Source: Candidatus Sericytochromatia bacterium (GTDB lineage: Bacteria > Cyanobacteriota > Sericytochromatia > S15B-MN24 > UBA4093). Taken from it: a stretch of 64,000 nt of DNA. The stretch is taken from positions 257,265-321,264 of the forward strand of contig JAKFBU010000026.1 of assembly GCA_036676985.1 (NCBI GenBank), written 5' to 3'. Made by a program: the position numbers and the translations under genes. Below the pieces are notes generated by a model. The model saw nothing but the letters and a program-made list of their open reading frames with translations. It was not told where the DNA came from and did no database searches. Below, in pieces: positions 9,696-20,801 of this stretch. The first letter of the stretch is position 1. The number at the start of each line of letters is the position of its first letter.

Positions 9696-10810
9696 GCCCA
9701 CCGCCCCGCGAGCGATCGCAGCCCCGTCTCGAAGCGCGCCAGGGCCTCGGTGAGGGCGACCGCGTCCCGGTGCCCGAACCCCACCCGGAGGGCTCCCGGA
9801 TAGCCGAGCGTGCTGCCCGGCAGCACGAAGAGCCCGAAGTCCTCGCGCAGGGCCCGCGCGACCTCCCGGTCGTCCGGATCGAAGGTCGGCCAGACGAGCG
9901 TCACCACCCCCGAGGGCGGCACCTGCCCCGTGATGAGGGACGACATCTCCGGCAGCCACAGCCCGAACAGCGTGCGGTTGATCTCCGTCACCCGGCGGTT
10001 TTCGGCGAAGAGGGCCTCGCGCCGCGGCCAGAGGGCCTCGATGACCTGCTCGCTCAGGCGGCTGACGCAGCAGGTGGCATGCTCGTGGTACGGCAGGCAG
10101 GCGGCAAGCTCCGGCGATCGCGAGGCGACCCAGCCGAGGCGCAGGCCGGGCAGGGCCCAGCGCTTGGAGACGGCGTCGGTGACGAGCACGCGATCGCTCA
10201 GCTCCAGGGAGCTCGGCGTAGCGAGCGGCCCCACGCCCCGGTAGATCTCGTCGATGAGCAGGTGGGCGCGCGGCCGGGCCTCGACCAGGGCCACGACAGA
10301 GCGCAGGGTCGCCTCCGAGAGCGTCCGGCCCGTGGGGTTGTGCGGGGTGTTGAGCACCACCAGGCGCGTGCGGTCGTCGATGAGGGGAGAAAGGGCCGCG
10401 AGATCCGGATCGGCGGTGGGATTGGCGGGCAGCGTCCAGCGGCGGACCTCGGCACCCCGGTCGCGGGCGATCGCCTCGAACTGGTAGTAGAGGGGGTCCT
10501 GCAGGACCACGTTGTCGCCCGGGTGGAGCATGCCCGTGAGGACCGCGAGGTTGGCCTCGGTGGCCCCCGCCGTCAGGAAGAGCTCGTCGGGAGTCAGGCC
10601 GTAGTCCGCGGCGATGAGGCGCCGGAGGGACACGGAGCCCGGCGTGGCCACGTAGCCGTATTCGAAGCGGGCGGGTCCCCAGTCATCGGGCAGGTAGGCC
10701 TGGAGGGCCTCTCCTTTCCAGGGCTGGACCATGGTGCCGCCCAGGGAGTAGGCGGCACCGGGTTCGTGCTGGTTGAACCAGGCTTCGAGCGGCGGGGTGG
10801 TGAGGGGCAT
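9692..10810 (-). CDS. PLP-dependent class I/II aminotransferase
   Basis: NTPHNPTG, DEIY, SKRWALPGLRLGW. Confidence 0.92.
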   Translation of the reverse strand: MPLTTPPLEAWFNQHEPGAAYSLGGTMVQPWKGEALQAYLPDDWGPARFEYGYVATPGSVSLRRLIAADYGLTPDELFLTAGATEANLAVLTGMLHPGDNVVLQDPLYYQFEAIARDRGAEVRRWTLPANPTADPDLAALSPLIDDRTRLVVLNTPHNPTGRTLSEATLRSVVALVEARPRAHLLIDEIYRGVGPLATPSSLELSDRVLVTDAVSKRWALPGLRLGWVASRSPELAACLPYHEHATCCVSRLSEQVIEALWPRREALFAENRRVTEINRTLFGLWLPEMSSLITGQVPPSGVVTLVWPTFDPDDREVARALREDFGLFVLPGSTLGYPGALRVGFGHRDAVALTEALARFETGLRSLAGRWA

Positions 10811-10981
10811 GGAGTCGGCTTTCAGGTGTGGGGGCGGGCCTTGGAGCACCTGACAAAACCGGGCATGCGTCGCCGATGGCCGCTTTGCGGCTCATGGGAC
10901 CAGGTAGGTCAGGCGCTCTTCTATGCTAGCAGGGGTCCAAATGGACGGCAACGCTGCGTCCGCAGGTCACTTAAGGGTTGC

Positions 10982-11010
10982 TTGACGGTAGCTTTTCAAA
11001 GCTTCATAAT
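10982..11010 (+). promoter_or_regulatory. sigma70 promoter of sod
   Basis: TTGACG-N17-CATAAT. Confidence 0.7.
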
Positions 11011-11055
11011 GCTTGCCTCTTGTCGCCTTCGTTCTAGAAAAGGGAGACCAAACGA

Positions 11056-11703
11056 ATGGCCACTGCCACCATGACCAAGTACGAAGCCATCACCTACAAC
11101 CTGACCGGTCTTGTCGGACTCTCCGACGAGCAGATCGCTCAGCACAAGACCCTGTACCAGGGCTACGTGAACAACACCAACAAGCTGACCGAGATGCTCG
11201 GCCAGATGGTCGCCGAGGGCAAGGCCGACGGCATGGATCCGCAGTTCGCGGAGCTCAAGCGCCGTCTCGGCTTCGAGTACAACGGCATGCGCCTGCATGA
11301 GTTCTACTTCAGCAACCTCAAGGCCAACGGCGGCGATGTGCCCGCCGGCGGCGCGCTCGCCAAGGCCCTCGAGGAGAACTTCGGGTCGGTCGAGAACTGG
11401 CGCAAGGACTTCACCGCCGTCAGCAAGATGCGCGGTGTGGGCTGGGCCATCCTCTGCCAGGATCCGCACACCGGCCGCCTGGAGAACAACTGGGTCACCC
11501 TGCACGAGGACGGCAACTTCGCCGGCTTCCGCCCGATCCTCGTGATCGACGTGTGGGAGCACGCCTTCACGGTCGACTACAAGCCGACCGAGCGCGCCAA
11601 GTACCTCGAGGCGGTGTTCCAGAACATCAACTGGGCCAAGGTCGAGTCCCGTCTTCTCAGCCAGGACGAGATCAGCAAGGCCAAGCAGACCGTTCAGGCC
11701 TAG
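11056..11703 (+). CDS. Fe/Mn superoxide dismutase family protein
   Basis: QHKTLYQGYVNN, NGMRLHEFYF, GVGWA, DVWEHAF. Confidence 0.92.
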   Translation: MATATMTKYEAITYNLTGLVGLSDEQIAQHKTLYQGYVNNTNKLTEMLGQMVAEGKADGMDPQFAELKRRLGFEYNGMRLHEFYFSNLKANGGDVPAGGALAKALEENFGSVENWRKDFTAVSKMRGVGWAILCQDPHTGRLENNWVTLHEDGNFAGFRPILVIDVWEHAFTVDYKPTERAKYLEAVFQNINWAKVESRLLSQDEISKAKQTVQA

Positions 11704-11714
11704 TGACCTGACGC

Positions 11715-11747
11715 AGCGCCGGGCTCCCTCGGGAGTCCGGCGCTCTT
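11715..11747 (+). terminator. intrinsic terminator after sod
   Basis: AGCGCCGGGCTCCC/GGGAGTCCGGCGCT stem followed by CTT. Confidence 0.65.
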
Positions 11748-11873
11748 GCGTCTGTTTGCTCGATCCCGGAGCGGCTTAGCAATCGCGTTCCCGGGTATGA
11801 ACTTAGATAACGGTTTGGGCAACCGAGGGAACAGCTGTGGACGCGCTTCCTCGGGGCGAAAGGAGCACACCGG

Positions 11874-14042
11874 ATGGGGATCACCAAGAGGCTGGAGCTG
11901 CTGCCGCGAGGCGGGGCGCTCGTCGAGACCTCCGCCGGCTGGATCCAGTTCGGGGCCGTGCCCGAGACCATCAAGGACACCATGCGCCACGAGAGCGGCG
12001 TGCCGCGGATCTTCGTGATCCCCCCGCGCATGTTCTCCATCGAGCGCGGCATCAGCTTCGCGGACCTCGAGTTCCCCATCTATTTCAACTTCTTCGCCCT
12101 GCGCCGCAAGATCGTCGTCCTGTGCGACGCCAACCAGCGCCGCATCCTCTCGGGCATCCTGCGCGAGGCCATCTTCGGGCCCCAGAAGATCGATCTGTCG
12201 CTCGATCTGCCGGCCACCCGCGAGCCCGTCAGCGTTCCCAACCTCCAGGAGGAGCTCGCCTTCTTCCGGCAGCACCCCTGGCGCCCGGGAACCGAGATGT
12301 CGCTCGAGGACATGGTCACCTTCGTGGCCTTCGACCGCGAGGGCTGCGCCGAGGTGGACGCCGTGCGGGTGTGTCGCAGCGATCGCGACGTCTACACGGT
12401 CTTTGACGGCGATCAGCAGGTGGCGACAGTGGGCAGCGAGCTCAAGCTCCCCGCGCGCCCGCAGCTCTCTCTGGACGAGTGCGAGCCCTTCGTGCCGCCC
12501 TACTTCGGCCTCACGTTCATCGGCACGGGCCATGGCTTCGATCCGAGCACCAAGACCTCGGGCTGCATCCTCTGGATCAACGGGCGCGGCCTCATGGTGG
12601 ATCCGCCCGTCGACTCGACCGAGTGGCTGCGGGAGCACGGGGTCAACCCCAAGCTCATCGACGCCGTCATCCTCACCCACTGCCACGCGGACCACGACAG
12701 CGGCACGCTGCAGAAGATCCTCGAGGAAGGGCGCATCCGGCTCTACACGACCCGGACCATCATGGGCTCCTTCGAGCGCAAATACCGCGGCCTGACGGGC
12801 CTCGACAAGAAGCGCTTCGAGGATCTGTTCGACTTCGTGCCCCTGACGGTGAACGAGCCCATCCGCATCGACGGCGGCGAGTTCTGGTTCCACTACACCC
12901 TGCACTCGGTGCCGGCCATCGGGTTCGAGCTGTACTTCGGCGGCAAGAGCCTGGTCTATACCTCGGACACCCTGCACGATCCTCCAACCATCGAGGAGAT
13001 GTACGCCAAGGGCATCATGAGCGACGCGCGGCGCGAGGAGCTCCTGAACTTCCCGTTGCACCACGACCTCATCATCCACGAGGCGGGCATCCCGCCCATC
13101 CACACCAGGGCCTCTTACCTCCAGGAGCTGCCCGAGGACGTGAAGCGGCGGATGCTGCTGGTGCACACCCAGAAGAAGGACCTGCCGCCGGATTCGGGCC
13201 TGCAAGTGGCCCCGAGCGGCCTGCACGAGACCATCTCCCTCGGGGCGGAGCCCTTGCCCGCCAACGAGGCGCTCAAGCAGCTGGACGTGCTCGCCCGGGT
13301 GGACCTGTTCAAGGAGTTCCCGGTGGCCAAGGCCGGGGAGTTCCTCGGCATGGTCAAGCGGATGACGTTCAAGTCGGGCGAGCGGATCATCACGAAGGGG
13401 ACGCGGGGCGATCGCTTCTACATGATCCAGTCGGGCAAGGCCGCGGTGCGCGACGGGCGCACGGAGTCCAAGGTCTACGGGCCCTACGACTACTTCGGCG
13501 AGACGGCCATCATCCTGGACGCGCCGCGCACGGCGGACGTCTACGCGGTGACGGACCTGGTGGCGCTCGCCATGGAGCGGCAGGACTTCCTGTACTTCCT
13601 GCGGGGCAGCGAGATCGCGAACACCCTGCGGCACCTGGCCCGGATGCGGATGCTGGACTCGTGGGAGCTCCTGGACGGCAGCCCGGCCTTCGGGCCCATG
13701 ACTTCGACGCAGCTGACGCAGCTGCAGATGATCATGCGCGACGAGGCCTGCGACGCGTTGCAGACGCTCTCGGCCGAGGGCCAGTCGCAGCGGGACTGCT
13801 TTGTGCTCGCGGCAGGCGTGGTGGACGTGCTGCGCGACGGCGAGATCGTGGCGAGCGTCGGCAAGGGGGCGTTCCTCGGCGAGGTGGCGCTCCTGTACAG
13901 CGGTGGCAAGCAGAGCTTCAGCTACCGAACGCGCACGCCCGGCGTGGTCTTCCGGCTCGGGCGGAAGGACTTCGTGGATTACCTCAAGAAAAATCCGGGG
14001 CTGTACGTGCGGTTGTCGGGGTACGACTTCACGTCCGACTAG
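11874..14042 (+). CDS. MBL-fold metallohydrolase with two cyclic-nucleotide-binding domains (putative cNMP phosphodiesterase)
   Basis: THCHADHD, HSVP, TSDT, HT; cNMP motifs FGE..PRTADV and FLGEVALL. Confidence 0.85.
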   Translation: MGITKRLELLPRGGALVETSAGWIQFGAVPETIKDTMRHESGVPRIFVIPPRMFSIERGISFADLEFPIYFNFFALRRKIVVLCDANQRRILSGILREAIFGPQKIDLSLDLPATREPVSVPNLQEELAFFRQHPWRPGTEMSLEDMVTFVAFDREGCAEVDAVRVCRSDRDVYTVFDGDQQVATVGSELKLPARPQLSLDECEPFVPPYFGLTFIGTGHGFDPSTKTSGCILWINGRGLMVDPPVDSTEWLREHGVNPKLIDAVILTHCHADHDSGTLQKILEEGRIRLYTTRTIMGSFERKYRGLTGLDKKRFEDLFDFVPLTVNEPIRIDGGEFWFHYTLHSVPAIGFELYFGGKSLVYTSDTLHDPPTIEEMYAKGIMSDARREELLNFPLHHDLIIHEAGIPPIHTRASYLQELPEDVKRRMLLVHTQKKDLPPDSGLQVAPSGLHETISLGAEPLPANEALKQLDVLARVDLFKEFPVAKAGEFLGMVKRMTFKSGERIITKGTRGDRFYMIQSGKAAVRDGRTESKVYGPYDYFGETAIILDAPRTADVYAVTDLVALAMERQDFLYFLRGSEIANTLRHLARMRMLDSWELLDGSPAFGPMTSTQLTQLQMIMRDEACDALQTLSAEGQSQRDCFVLAAGVVDVLRDGEIVASVGKGAFLGEVALLYSGGKQSFSYRTRTPGVVFRLGRKDFVDYLKKNPGLYVRLSGYDFTSD

Positions 14043-14074
14043 GGGATTGGCCTGCTCGCGATTGGCTTACCGAT

Positions 14075-14115
14075 CTACCCCCCCTCCCCCCCTAGCAGGG
14101 GGGGAGGGGGGGTAG
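14075..14115. repeat. perfect 19-bp C7/G7 hairpin between convergent genes
   Basis: CTA-C7-T-C7-T, loop AGC, A-G7-A-G7-TAG. Confidence 0.85.
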
Positions 14116-14132
14116 GACGAGTCGGCTACGCG

Positions 14133-14309
14133 TCAGTCGCCAAACCCCTCGAAGCTCGACTCCAACCCCTGCCGCGGCCCCAGGGGAATGGCGCACTGGT
14201 TGCACACCCAGAAGTGCACCAGCCGCATGCCGTTTTCACCCAACGCGTCGTAGAACGACCCCATGAGCTCAGGCCCTTCCGGGCGCTTGCACATCGCGCA
14301 ACGGTTCAT
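14133..14309 (-). CDS. 58-aa CxxC/CxxC zinc-finger microprotein (absent from ORF track)
   Basis: Manual translation MNRCAMCKRPEG...HFWVCNQCAIPLG...FGD*; ATG 3 nt after the upstream stop. Confidence 0.6.
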   Translation of the reverse strand: MNRCAMCKRPEGPELMGSFYDALGENGMRLVHFWVCNQCAIPLGPRQGLESSFEGFGD

Positions 14310-14312
14310 GGC

Positions 14313-15515
14313 TTAGCCCACCGCGATCTGATAGCCGCCGTTCGGGTTCGAACGGATGAACTTGGCCAGCGCCTCCGGCGAGACCCGGTGCACATTCTTG
14401 TCCGCCGGGTCATGGACCAGGAAGTCACGCCCGTCCATGCCCACCACCGCCACGTAGTGGCCCGAGCTGCGGCTCGGGTTCTCGTGCGGGGCCATGGCAT
14501 AGTAGTCCCCGTTCGCCACCACGAGCTTGCCCGCCCTCATCTGCTCGGCGATCCACTCCACGTTCGCCCCGGGGCCGCGCGTCTGGGCCGACTTGCCGAT
14601 GCCCTGGGCCATGGCCGCGATGCCGTTGACGTTGGTGCCGTTGCCACCGGTGCCGCCCATGCGGCCCAGGTGGTTGATGAGCTGGGCGTCGCTCATGCCC
14701 TGACCGTAGCCGAAGGCCCGCGCGATCATGGCCATGGAGGTCGGACCGCAGTTGGCCGGGCCGTTGGTGTAGCCGCTACCGGCTCCCGCGGGGCTGTACT
14801 GGTTGATGTAGGGCGCCTTGACCGGCTTGCCACTCGGGGCGGGTGAGGGGGCGATCGCCGCACCGCCCGGCAGGCGCAGCGTCATGCCGGCCTGGATGAC
14901 GTTGGGGTTCGGACCGATGACGTCCCGGTTGAGCTCGTAGAGCTCGCGCCAGCGGTTGGCGTCGCCGAGCGCGCGCTGGGCAATGCCCGACAGCGTATCG
15001 CCCGAGCCCACGGTATAGGTGCCGCCGTTCGCGGGCGGAGCCGGGGGAGCCGGACGGGGCTTGGGGGCAGGGGTGGGCGCGGGCTCGCCGCTCAGGCGCA
15101 GCGTCATGCCCGGCTTGATGAGGTTCGGGTTGGCCCCGATGACGTCCCGATTCAGGTTGTAGAGCTCGCGCCAGCGGTTGCCGTCGCCGAGGACCTCCGC
15201 GGCGATCTGGTAGAGCGAATCACCGCCCTTGACCGTGTAGGTCCCCTTTGCGGGCTGGGGAGCGGGAGCCGGCGCGGGTGCCGGAGCCGGCTGGCGGCCC
15301 TTGCGGAAGCGATCCACCAGGCGCCGGAAGGCCTCACCGATGCCCTTGATCATTCGGTCGACGAAGACGCCCAGGCGCCCCTGCGCCTCCTGGACCGAGC
15401 CGAGCGCGACGGTGGTCGCAGCGATCGCCGCCGGAGCGGCCTCGCCGCCGCCCGCCCGGACCTGGGCCGCGCGACGGGGCTGCTGGATGGGGGAGTAGGA
15501 AGTAGGTCGGATCAC
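14313..15515 (-). CDS. 2x LysM plus C39-like cysteine peptidase
   Basis: YTVKGGDSL and YTVGSGDTL LysM repeats, Pro-Ala linkers, INQ..NCGPTS..GHYV..DP. Confidence 0.88.
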   Translation of the reverse strand: MIRPTSYSPIQQPRRAAQVRAGGGEAAPAAIAATTVALGSVQEAQGRLGVFVDRMIKGIGEAFRRLVDRFRKGRQPAPAPAPAPAPQPAKGTYTVKGGDSLYQIAAEVLGDGNRWRELYNLNRDVIGANPNLIKPGMTLRLSGEPAPTPAPKPRPAPPAPPANGGTYTVGSGDTLSGIAQRALGDANRWRELYELNRDVIGPNPNVIQAGMTLRLPGGAAIAPSPAPSGKPVKAPYINQYSPAGAGSGYTNGPANCGPTSMAMIARAFGYGQGMSDAQLINHLGRMGGTGGNGTNVNGIAAMAQGIGKSAQTRGPGANVEWIAEQMRAGKLVVANGDYYAMAPHENPSRSSGHYVAVVGMDGRDFLVHDPADKNVHRVSPEALAKFIRSNPNGGYQIAVG

Positions 15516-15617
15516 GCTGGCACCCTCCTCGACGGCTCGTACCAGGCTCGTCGGGGGTTCGAAGGGTGTTAATTCTTATGACTCGACCATCGAAAGGTAA
15601 AGGTTTGGAAAAACTCG

Positions 15618-15645
15618 AGGGCCGCCCCCGAAGGAGCGGCCCCCT
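15618..15645 (-). terminator. terminator after fbaB
   Basis: GGGCCGC/GCGGCCC stem followed by a T-run on the minus strand. Confidence 0.55.
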
Positions 15646-15658
15646 GAAAGTCCGACGC

Positions 15659-16747
<1,089 letters not shown>

Positions 16748-16959
16748 ACCTCTTTCTCATCAAGCCATGCGCGTCCTGCGTCCGTGGTGCTTGCCTCGCA
16801 TGGCGGAGGCGGTCGTTGCCATGATAGCGGATCTCCCTGCCTGCCGCACCCTCCTCCGGCCAAGCGGCGGAAATTGGCGTCCTGGCGAGGATTTTGAAGG
16901 CCCCGGGGACCTTGCTATACTCGCGGCAACGCGACGCGGGATGATCGGGAGGGGCCGAC

Positions 16960-18360
16960 ATGGCGCAGGCGACTCGGACCGAACGCGATTCCCTGGGCGA
17001 CCTTCAGGTGCCCCAGGAGGCCCTCTGGGGGGCGCAGACCCAGCGGGCCATCGAGAACTACCCCATCAGCGGCCAGCGCATGGATCCCGCCATGGTGGCG
17101 GCGGTGGCCGCCATCAAGGCGGCCGCGGCCCGTACCCACGCCGCGCTCGGCATGCTCTCGCCCGAGAAGGCCACGGCCATCGAGCAAGCGAGCATGGAGC
17201 TGTTGCAGGGCCAGTGGCGCGATCACGTCGTGGTGGACGTCTACCAGGCGGGGGCCGGCACGTCCTTCCACATGAACGTGAACGAGGTGATCGCCAACCG
17301 CGCCAACCAGCTCCTGGGCGAGGAGGTCGGCCTCTACTCCCAGGTGCACCCCAACGATCACGTCAACAAGGGCCAATCCACCAACGACGTCATCCCGACC
17401 GCCATGCGCCTGGCGGCCCTCGAGCTCGCGCGGCCCCTGGAGGCGGCCCTCTCCGACCTCGCCGCGGCCCTCGACGCCAAGGGCGAGGAGTTCGACGACG
17501 TCGTCAAGAGCGGTCGCACCCATCTCCAGGACGCGGTGCCCGTGCGGCTCGGCCAGGAGTTCAAGGCGTATGCCGCCGCCGTGCGCCGCGGCCACCGGGC
17601 CCTGCACGAGACGGTGGCGGCCCTCAACGAGCTCGGGCTGGGTGGCTCGGCGGTCGGCACGGGCCTGAACACGCCCGAGGCCTACCGGGAGCGGGTCGTC
17701 GACGAGCTGCGCCCGATTCTGGGCTTGCCGGACCTGCGCCCGGCCGAGGACTACTTCGAGGCCATGCAGAGCATGGCGGTCTTCGCCAACGTCTCGGGGG
17801 CCCTGCGGACGCTCGCCATCGAGCTCGGCCGGATCGCCAACGACCTGCGCCTCTTGAGCTCGGGCCCGCGCACGGGCCTGCACGAGATCGTGCTGCCGGC
17901 CGTACAGCCCGGATCGTCCATCATGCCGGGCAAGGTCAACCCGTCCATCGCCGAGATGCTCAACCAGGTCTGCTTCCAGGTGATCGGCTGCGACGCCACC
18001 GTCGCCTCGGCCGCCGGCGCCGGCCAGCTCGAGCTCAACGTCATGATGCCCGTCATCGCCCATAACCTCTTGTTCGCCATGCGCCTCCTCGCCAACGCGG
18101 TGGAGGTCTTCACCGCCCGGTGCGTCTCCGGGATCGAGGCCGACGTCGAGCGCTGCCGGGAGTATGCCGCGAGCTCCGTGGGCCTCGCCACCGTCCTCAA
18201 CCCCCTCATCGGCTACGCGGCGGCGGCAGAGGTCGCCAAGACCTCGACCCGCACGGGCATGCCGATCCCCGCGGTCGTGCGCGCCATGGGCCTGCTGTCC
18301 GAGGACCAGATCCGGACCACCTTCGCGCCCCAGGCCCTGACCGAGCCGTACACGCTCTAG
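16960..18360 (+). CDS. aspartate ammonia-lyase / class II fumarase family
   Basis: HPNDHVN, KSGRTHLQDA, GSSIMPGKVNP; AspA and FumC not separable by eye. Confidence 0.93.
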   Translation: MAQATRTERDSLGDLQVPQEALWGAQTQRAIENYPISGQRMDPAMVAAVAAIKAAAARTHAALGMLSPEKATAIEQASMELLQGQWRDHVVVDVYQAGAGTSFHMNVNEVIANRANQLLGEEVGLYSQVHPNDHVNKGQSTNDVIPTAMRLAALELARPLEAALSDLAAALDAKGEEFDDVVKSGRTHLQDAVPVRLGQEFKAYAAAVRRGHRALHETVAALNELGLGGSAVGTGLNTPEAYRERVVDELRPILGLPDLRPAEDYFEAMQSMAVFANVSGALRTLAIELGRIANDLRLLSSGPRTGLHEIVLPAVQPGSSIMPGKVNPSIAEMLNQVCFQVIGCDATVASAAGAGQLELNVMMPVIAHNLLFAMRLLANAVEVFTARCVSGIEADVERCREYAASSVGLATVLNPLIGYAAAAEVAKTSTRTGMPIPAVVRAMGLLSEDQIRTTFAPQALTEPYTL

Positions 18361-18369
18361 GAGGGGGCC

Positions 18370-19236
18370 GTGCTCGAAGACCAGGCCGGAGACATCGTGC
18401 GCAAGGCCCGCCTGGGCCAGGGTATGGACCGCTCGGCCGTCGCGGGAGCGGCCGGCCTCTCGGAGGCCGAGCTCGAGGCCTACGAGCGCCGGGTCGAGCC
18501 GCTCTCGCCCGAGGCGGCGGTGGCCCTGGCCGAGGTGCTGGGGCTCGATGCCCGAAAGCTTGCCCGGATCGCGGCGGGCGCCTACGTGCCCCGGCTCCAG
18601 CCCGAGACTACCCCGGACGCCCTGGTGCGCCGCCTGGTCGTCGCCCAGGAGGACGGCCGGACCGCGAACTGCTACCTGTTCGGCTTCCAGGACACCGAAG
18701 AGGCCGTGGTCGTGGACCCGGGGGCCGAGCCCAAGCGGATCCTCGCCGAGCTCGACGCCCTCAAGTGGCGGCCGCGCTACGTGGCCCTCACCAACGGCCA
18801 CCCCGAGCATGCGGGGGCGATCGAGGCCATCATGGACGAGTGGGCGGTGTGCGTCCTCGCCGGGGCGCAGGACGTCCCCCTCATCGGTCTCGAGCCCGAG
18901 CGGGTGCACATGGTCCGGGAAGCGGAGCTACTGCCGCTCGGGCGCCATGCCTTCCGGGCCATCTTCACGCCCGGCCATACCCTCGGCGGCGTGAGCTACC
19001 TGGCGGATCACGCCTGTTTCGTGGGGGACGCCCTCGTCGCCGGCTCCCTTGGCAATCCCGACGTGCCGGAGGTCGGCTACCGCCTCTTGCGCGACTCCGT
19101 GGGCTCCAAGCTCCTCGCCCTTCCCCCCGAGACCCGCCTCTACCCGGGCCATGGGCCGTCCACGACCGTCGCCGAGGAGCGGGCGGCGAACCCGTTCTTT
19201 TCAACGGCATTTATCCAATCCTTAAACGTTCCTTAA
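18370..19236 (+). CDS. XRE-HTH plus glyoxalase II-like MBL-fold protein
   Basis: N-terminal HTH (VRKARLGQGM..VAGAAGLS); TNGHPEH, TPGHT, GD, PGHG. Confidence 0.85.
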   Translation: MLEDQAGDIVRKARLGQGMDRSAVAGAAGLSEAELEAYERRVEPLSPEAAVALAEVLGLDARKLARIAAGAYVPRLQPETTPDALVRRLVVAQEDGRTANCYLFGFQDTEEAVVVDPGAEPKRILAELDALKWRPRYVALTNGHPEHAGAIEAIMDEWAVCVLAGAQDVPLIGLEPERVHMVREAELLPLGRHAFRAIFTPGHTLGGVSYLADHACFVGDALVAGSLGNPDVPEVGYRLLRDSVGSKLLALPPETRLYPGHGPSTTVAEERAANPFFSTAFIQSLNVP

Positions 19237-19258
19237 GACACTTCTAACGCGTTCTTAG
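19211..19258 (+). promoter_or_regulatory. five phased TTAA-like half-sites at 11-bp period
   Basis: TTAT 19211, TTAA 19222, TTAA 19233, CTAA 19244, TTAG 19255. Confidence 0.55.
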
Positions 19259-19316
19259 CGATAACTCCTTCATCAAACGGAACACTTTGACGTTTACATA
19301 GAGGAGGCTATCGCGA

Positions 19317-20567
19317 ATGCGTTCGCTCAAGTTGGGGGCCGTTGCCCTCTTGGCGCTCTCCCTGGTCGGTTGCGGCATGGCGCCCGGCGCCATGGTCTCG
19401 GGTGACAAGGCCGTCTCGGCCCTCGGCAAGGCCGGCGATCCCTTCGCCCTGATGACCTTCTTCGCCCTGGACAACGACCTGGACAACGGCACGGGCATCG
19501 TGTCGCGCCTCAACTCGGCGGCGGCCGCCTCCTCCAAGACCCCGGCCGTGACGCTGTACGACGGCTCGCGCGACAACGACTCCGTCTACTACGTCCAGAC
19601 TCCCGGTCGCTCGGTCGAGAAGGCGAGCGTCGGTGAGGTCGATTCGGGCACGGCCAAGGGCCTCGCGGACTTCATGGCCTTCGGCGCTCCCAAGGTCACC
19701 GGCAAGCGTCGGGTCCTCTCCATGGCCGACCACGGCGGCGGCATTGTCCGCGGCATCTGCTCCGACTGGAATGGCCCGGGCGGCAAGAAGATCATCCACA
19801 TGCCCGAAGTGGCGGGCGTTCTCCAGAGCACGCCGGTGGACATGATGCTCTTCGACGCCTGCTTCATGGGCATGGCCGAGGTGGCCTACGAGCTGCGCGG
19901 CAAGGCCGACGTGGTCATCGGCGCCCAGACGACCACCCGCGGCGACTTCCCCTACGCCGAGATCGTCGAGACGCTCGATCGGAACGTGGACGCCACCAAC
20001 CAGGAGGCGGCCAAGGCCGTCCTGAAGGACGTGGCCGCCAACGCCAACTACACCGTCGCCTTCGGCGCGGTCGACGTCACCAAGATGGACGCCGTGGCCC
20101 AGCAGATGAAGCAGCTGGTCGCGGTCATGGCCCCCAAGGTCCCCACCATGAAGAAGCAGATGCAGCAGGCCATCGGTGCCGCGCAGGCCTATGCCTGGGA
20201 GACGGATCCCGGCATGGCCATGTACAACAGCTACAAGGACTTCGGCGACGTGATGGCGCAGTTCGAGAAGCTGGGCGACCCGGCGATCGCCAAGGCCGCA
20301 GCCGACGTGAAGGCGGCCGTCAAGGAGGCCGTCCTCGCCGAGTCCCACCGCTCTGGAGGCATGTTCAGCCGCGAGAAGCTCGATCGGGTGTCGGGCGTGG
20401 CCCTCTACGCCGTCGCGGGCGGCTCGGTGGAGTCCAAGTACCTGACCCGCGCCTGGAGCCGCGACACGGGCTGGGGCGACCTGCTCGTGAAGATCAACGG
20501 CGGCGGCGCCTGGGGCCCCGCGGTGGCCCCGGACAAGTACCCCCACGCCTTCCCCAGCAAGCGCTAA
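19317..20567 (+). CDS. clostripain-family (C11) peptidase lipoprotein
   Basis: Lipobox LVGC, DNDL, DHGGG, FDACFMG..EVAYEL. Confidence 0.88.
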   Translation: MRSLKLGAVALLALSLVGCGMAPGAMVSGDKAVSALGKAGDPFALMTFFALDNDLDNGTGIVSRLNSAAAASSKTPAVTLYDGSRDNDSVYYVQTPGRSVEKASVGEVDSGTAKGLADFMAFGAPKVTGKRRVLSMADHGGGIVRGICSDWNGPGGKKIIHMPEVAGVLQSTPVDMMLFDACFMGMAEVAYELRGKADVVIGAQTTTRGDFPYAEIVETLDRNVDATNQEAAKAVLKDVAANANYTVAFGAVDVTKMDAVAQQMKQLVAVMAPKVPTMKKQMQQAIGAAQAYAWETDPGMAMYNSYKDFGDVMAQFEKLGDPAIAKAAADVKAAVKEAVLAESHRSGGMFSREKLDRVSGVALYAVAGGSVESKYLTRAWSRDTGWGDLLVKINGGGAWGPAVAPDKYPHAFPSKR

Positions 20568-20579
20568 CGCGCATTTCCG

Positions 20580-20611
20580 AGGGCCCGGTCGCATCGCGAC
20601 CGGGCCCTTTC
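20580..20611 (+). terminator. intrinsic terminator
   Basis: AGGGCCCGGTCGC/GCGACCGGGCCCT plus TT. Confidence 0.75.
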
Positions 20612-20801
20612 GGTTGGCCGCCGCCTCCGGGCGTAGACCGAGGCCTGCGTGAAGCCCGCGGCGCCAGAGTGAGGAACGTGAAGGAATGTAAAGCGTACGT
20701 AGTCATTACGGATGCCCTGATAATGACGCGGGTGTTATCGTGCTCATCAAGGGCAAATTTATACCTCAGTACAGGTATCCCGTCTCTTGAGGAGGTACGT
20801 C

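Noticed and set aside
14870-15245. Internal duplicated sequence
   Set aside because: Explained by two LysM domains
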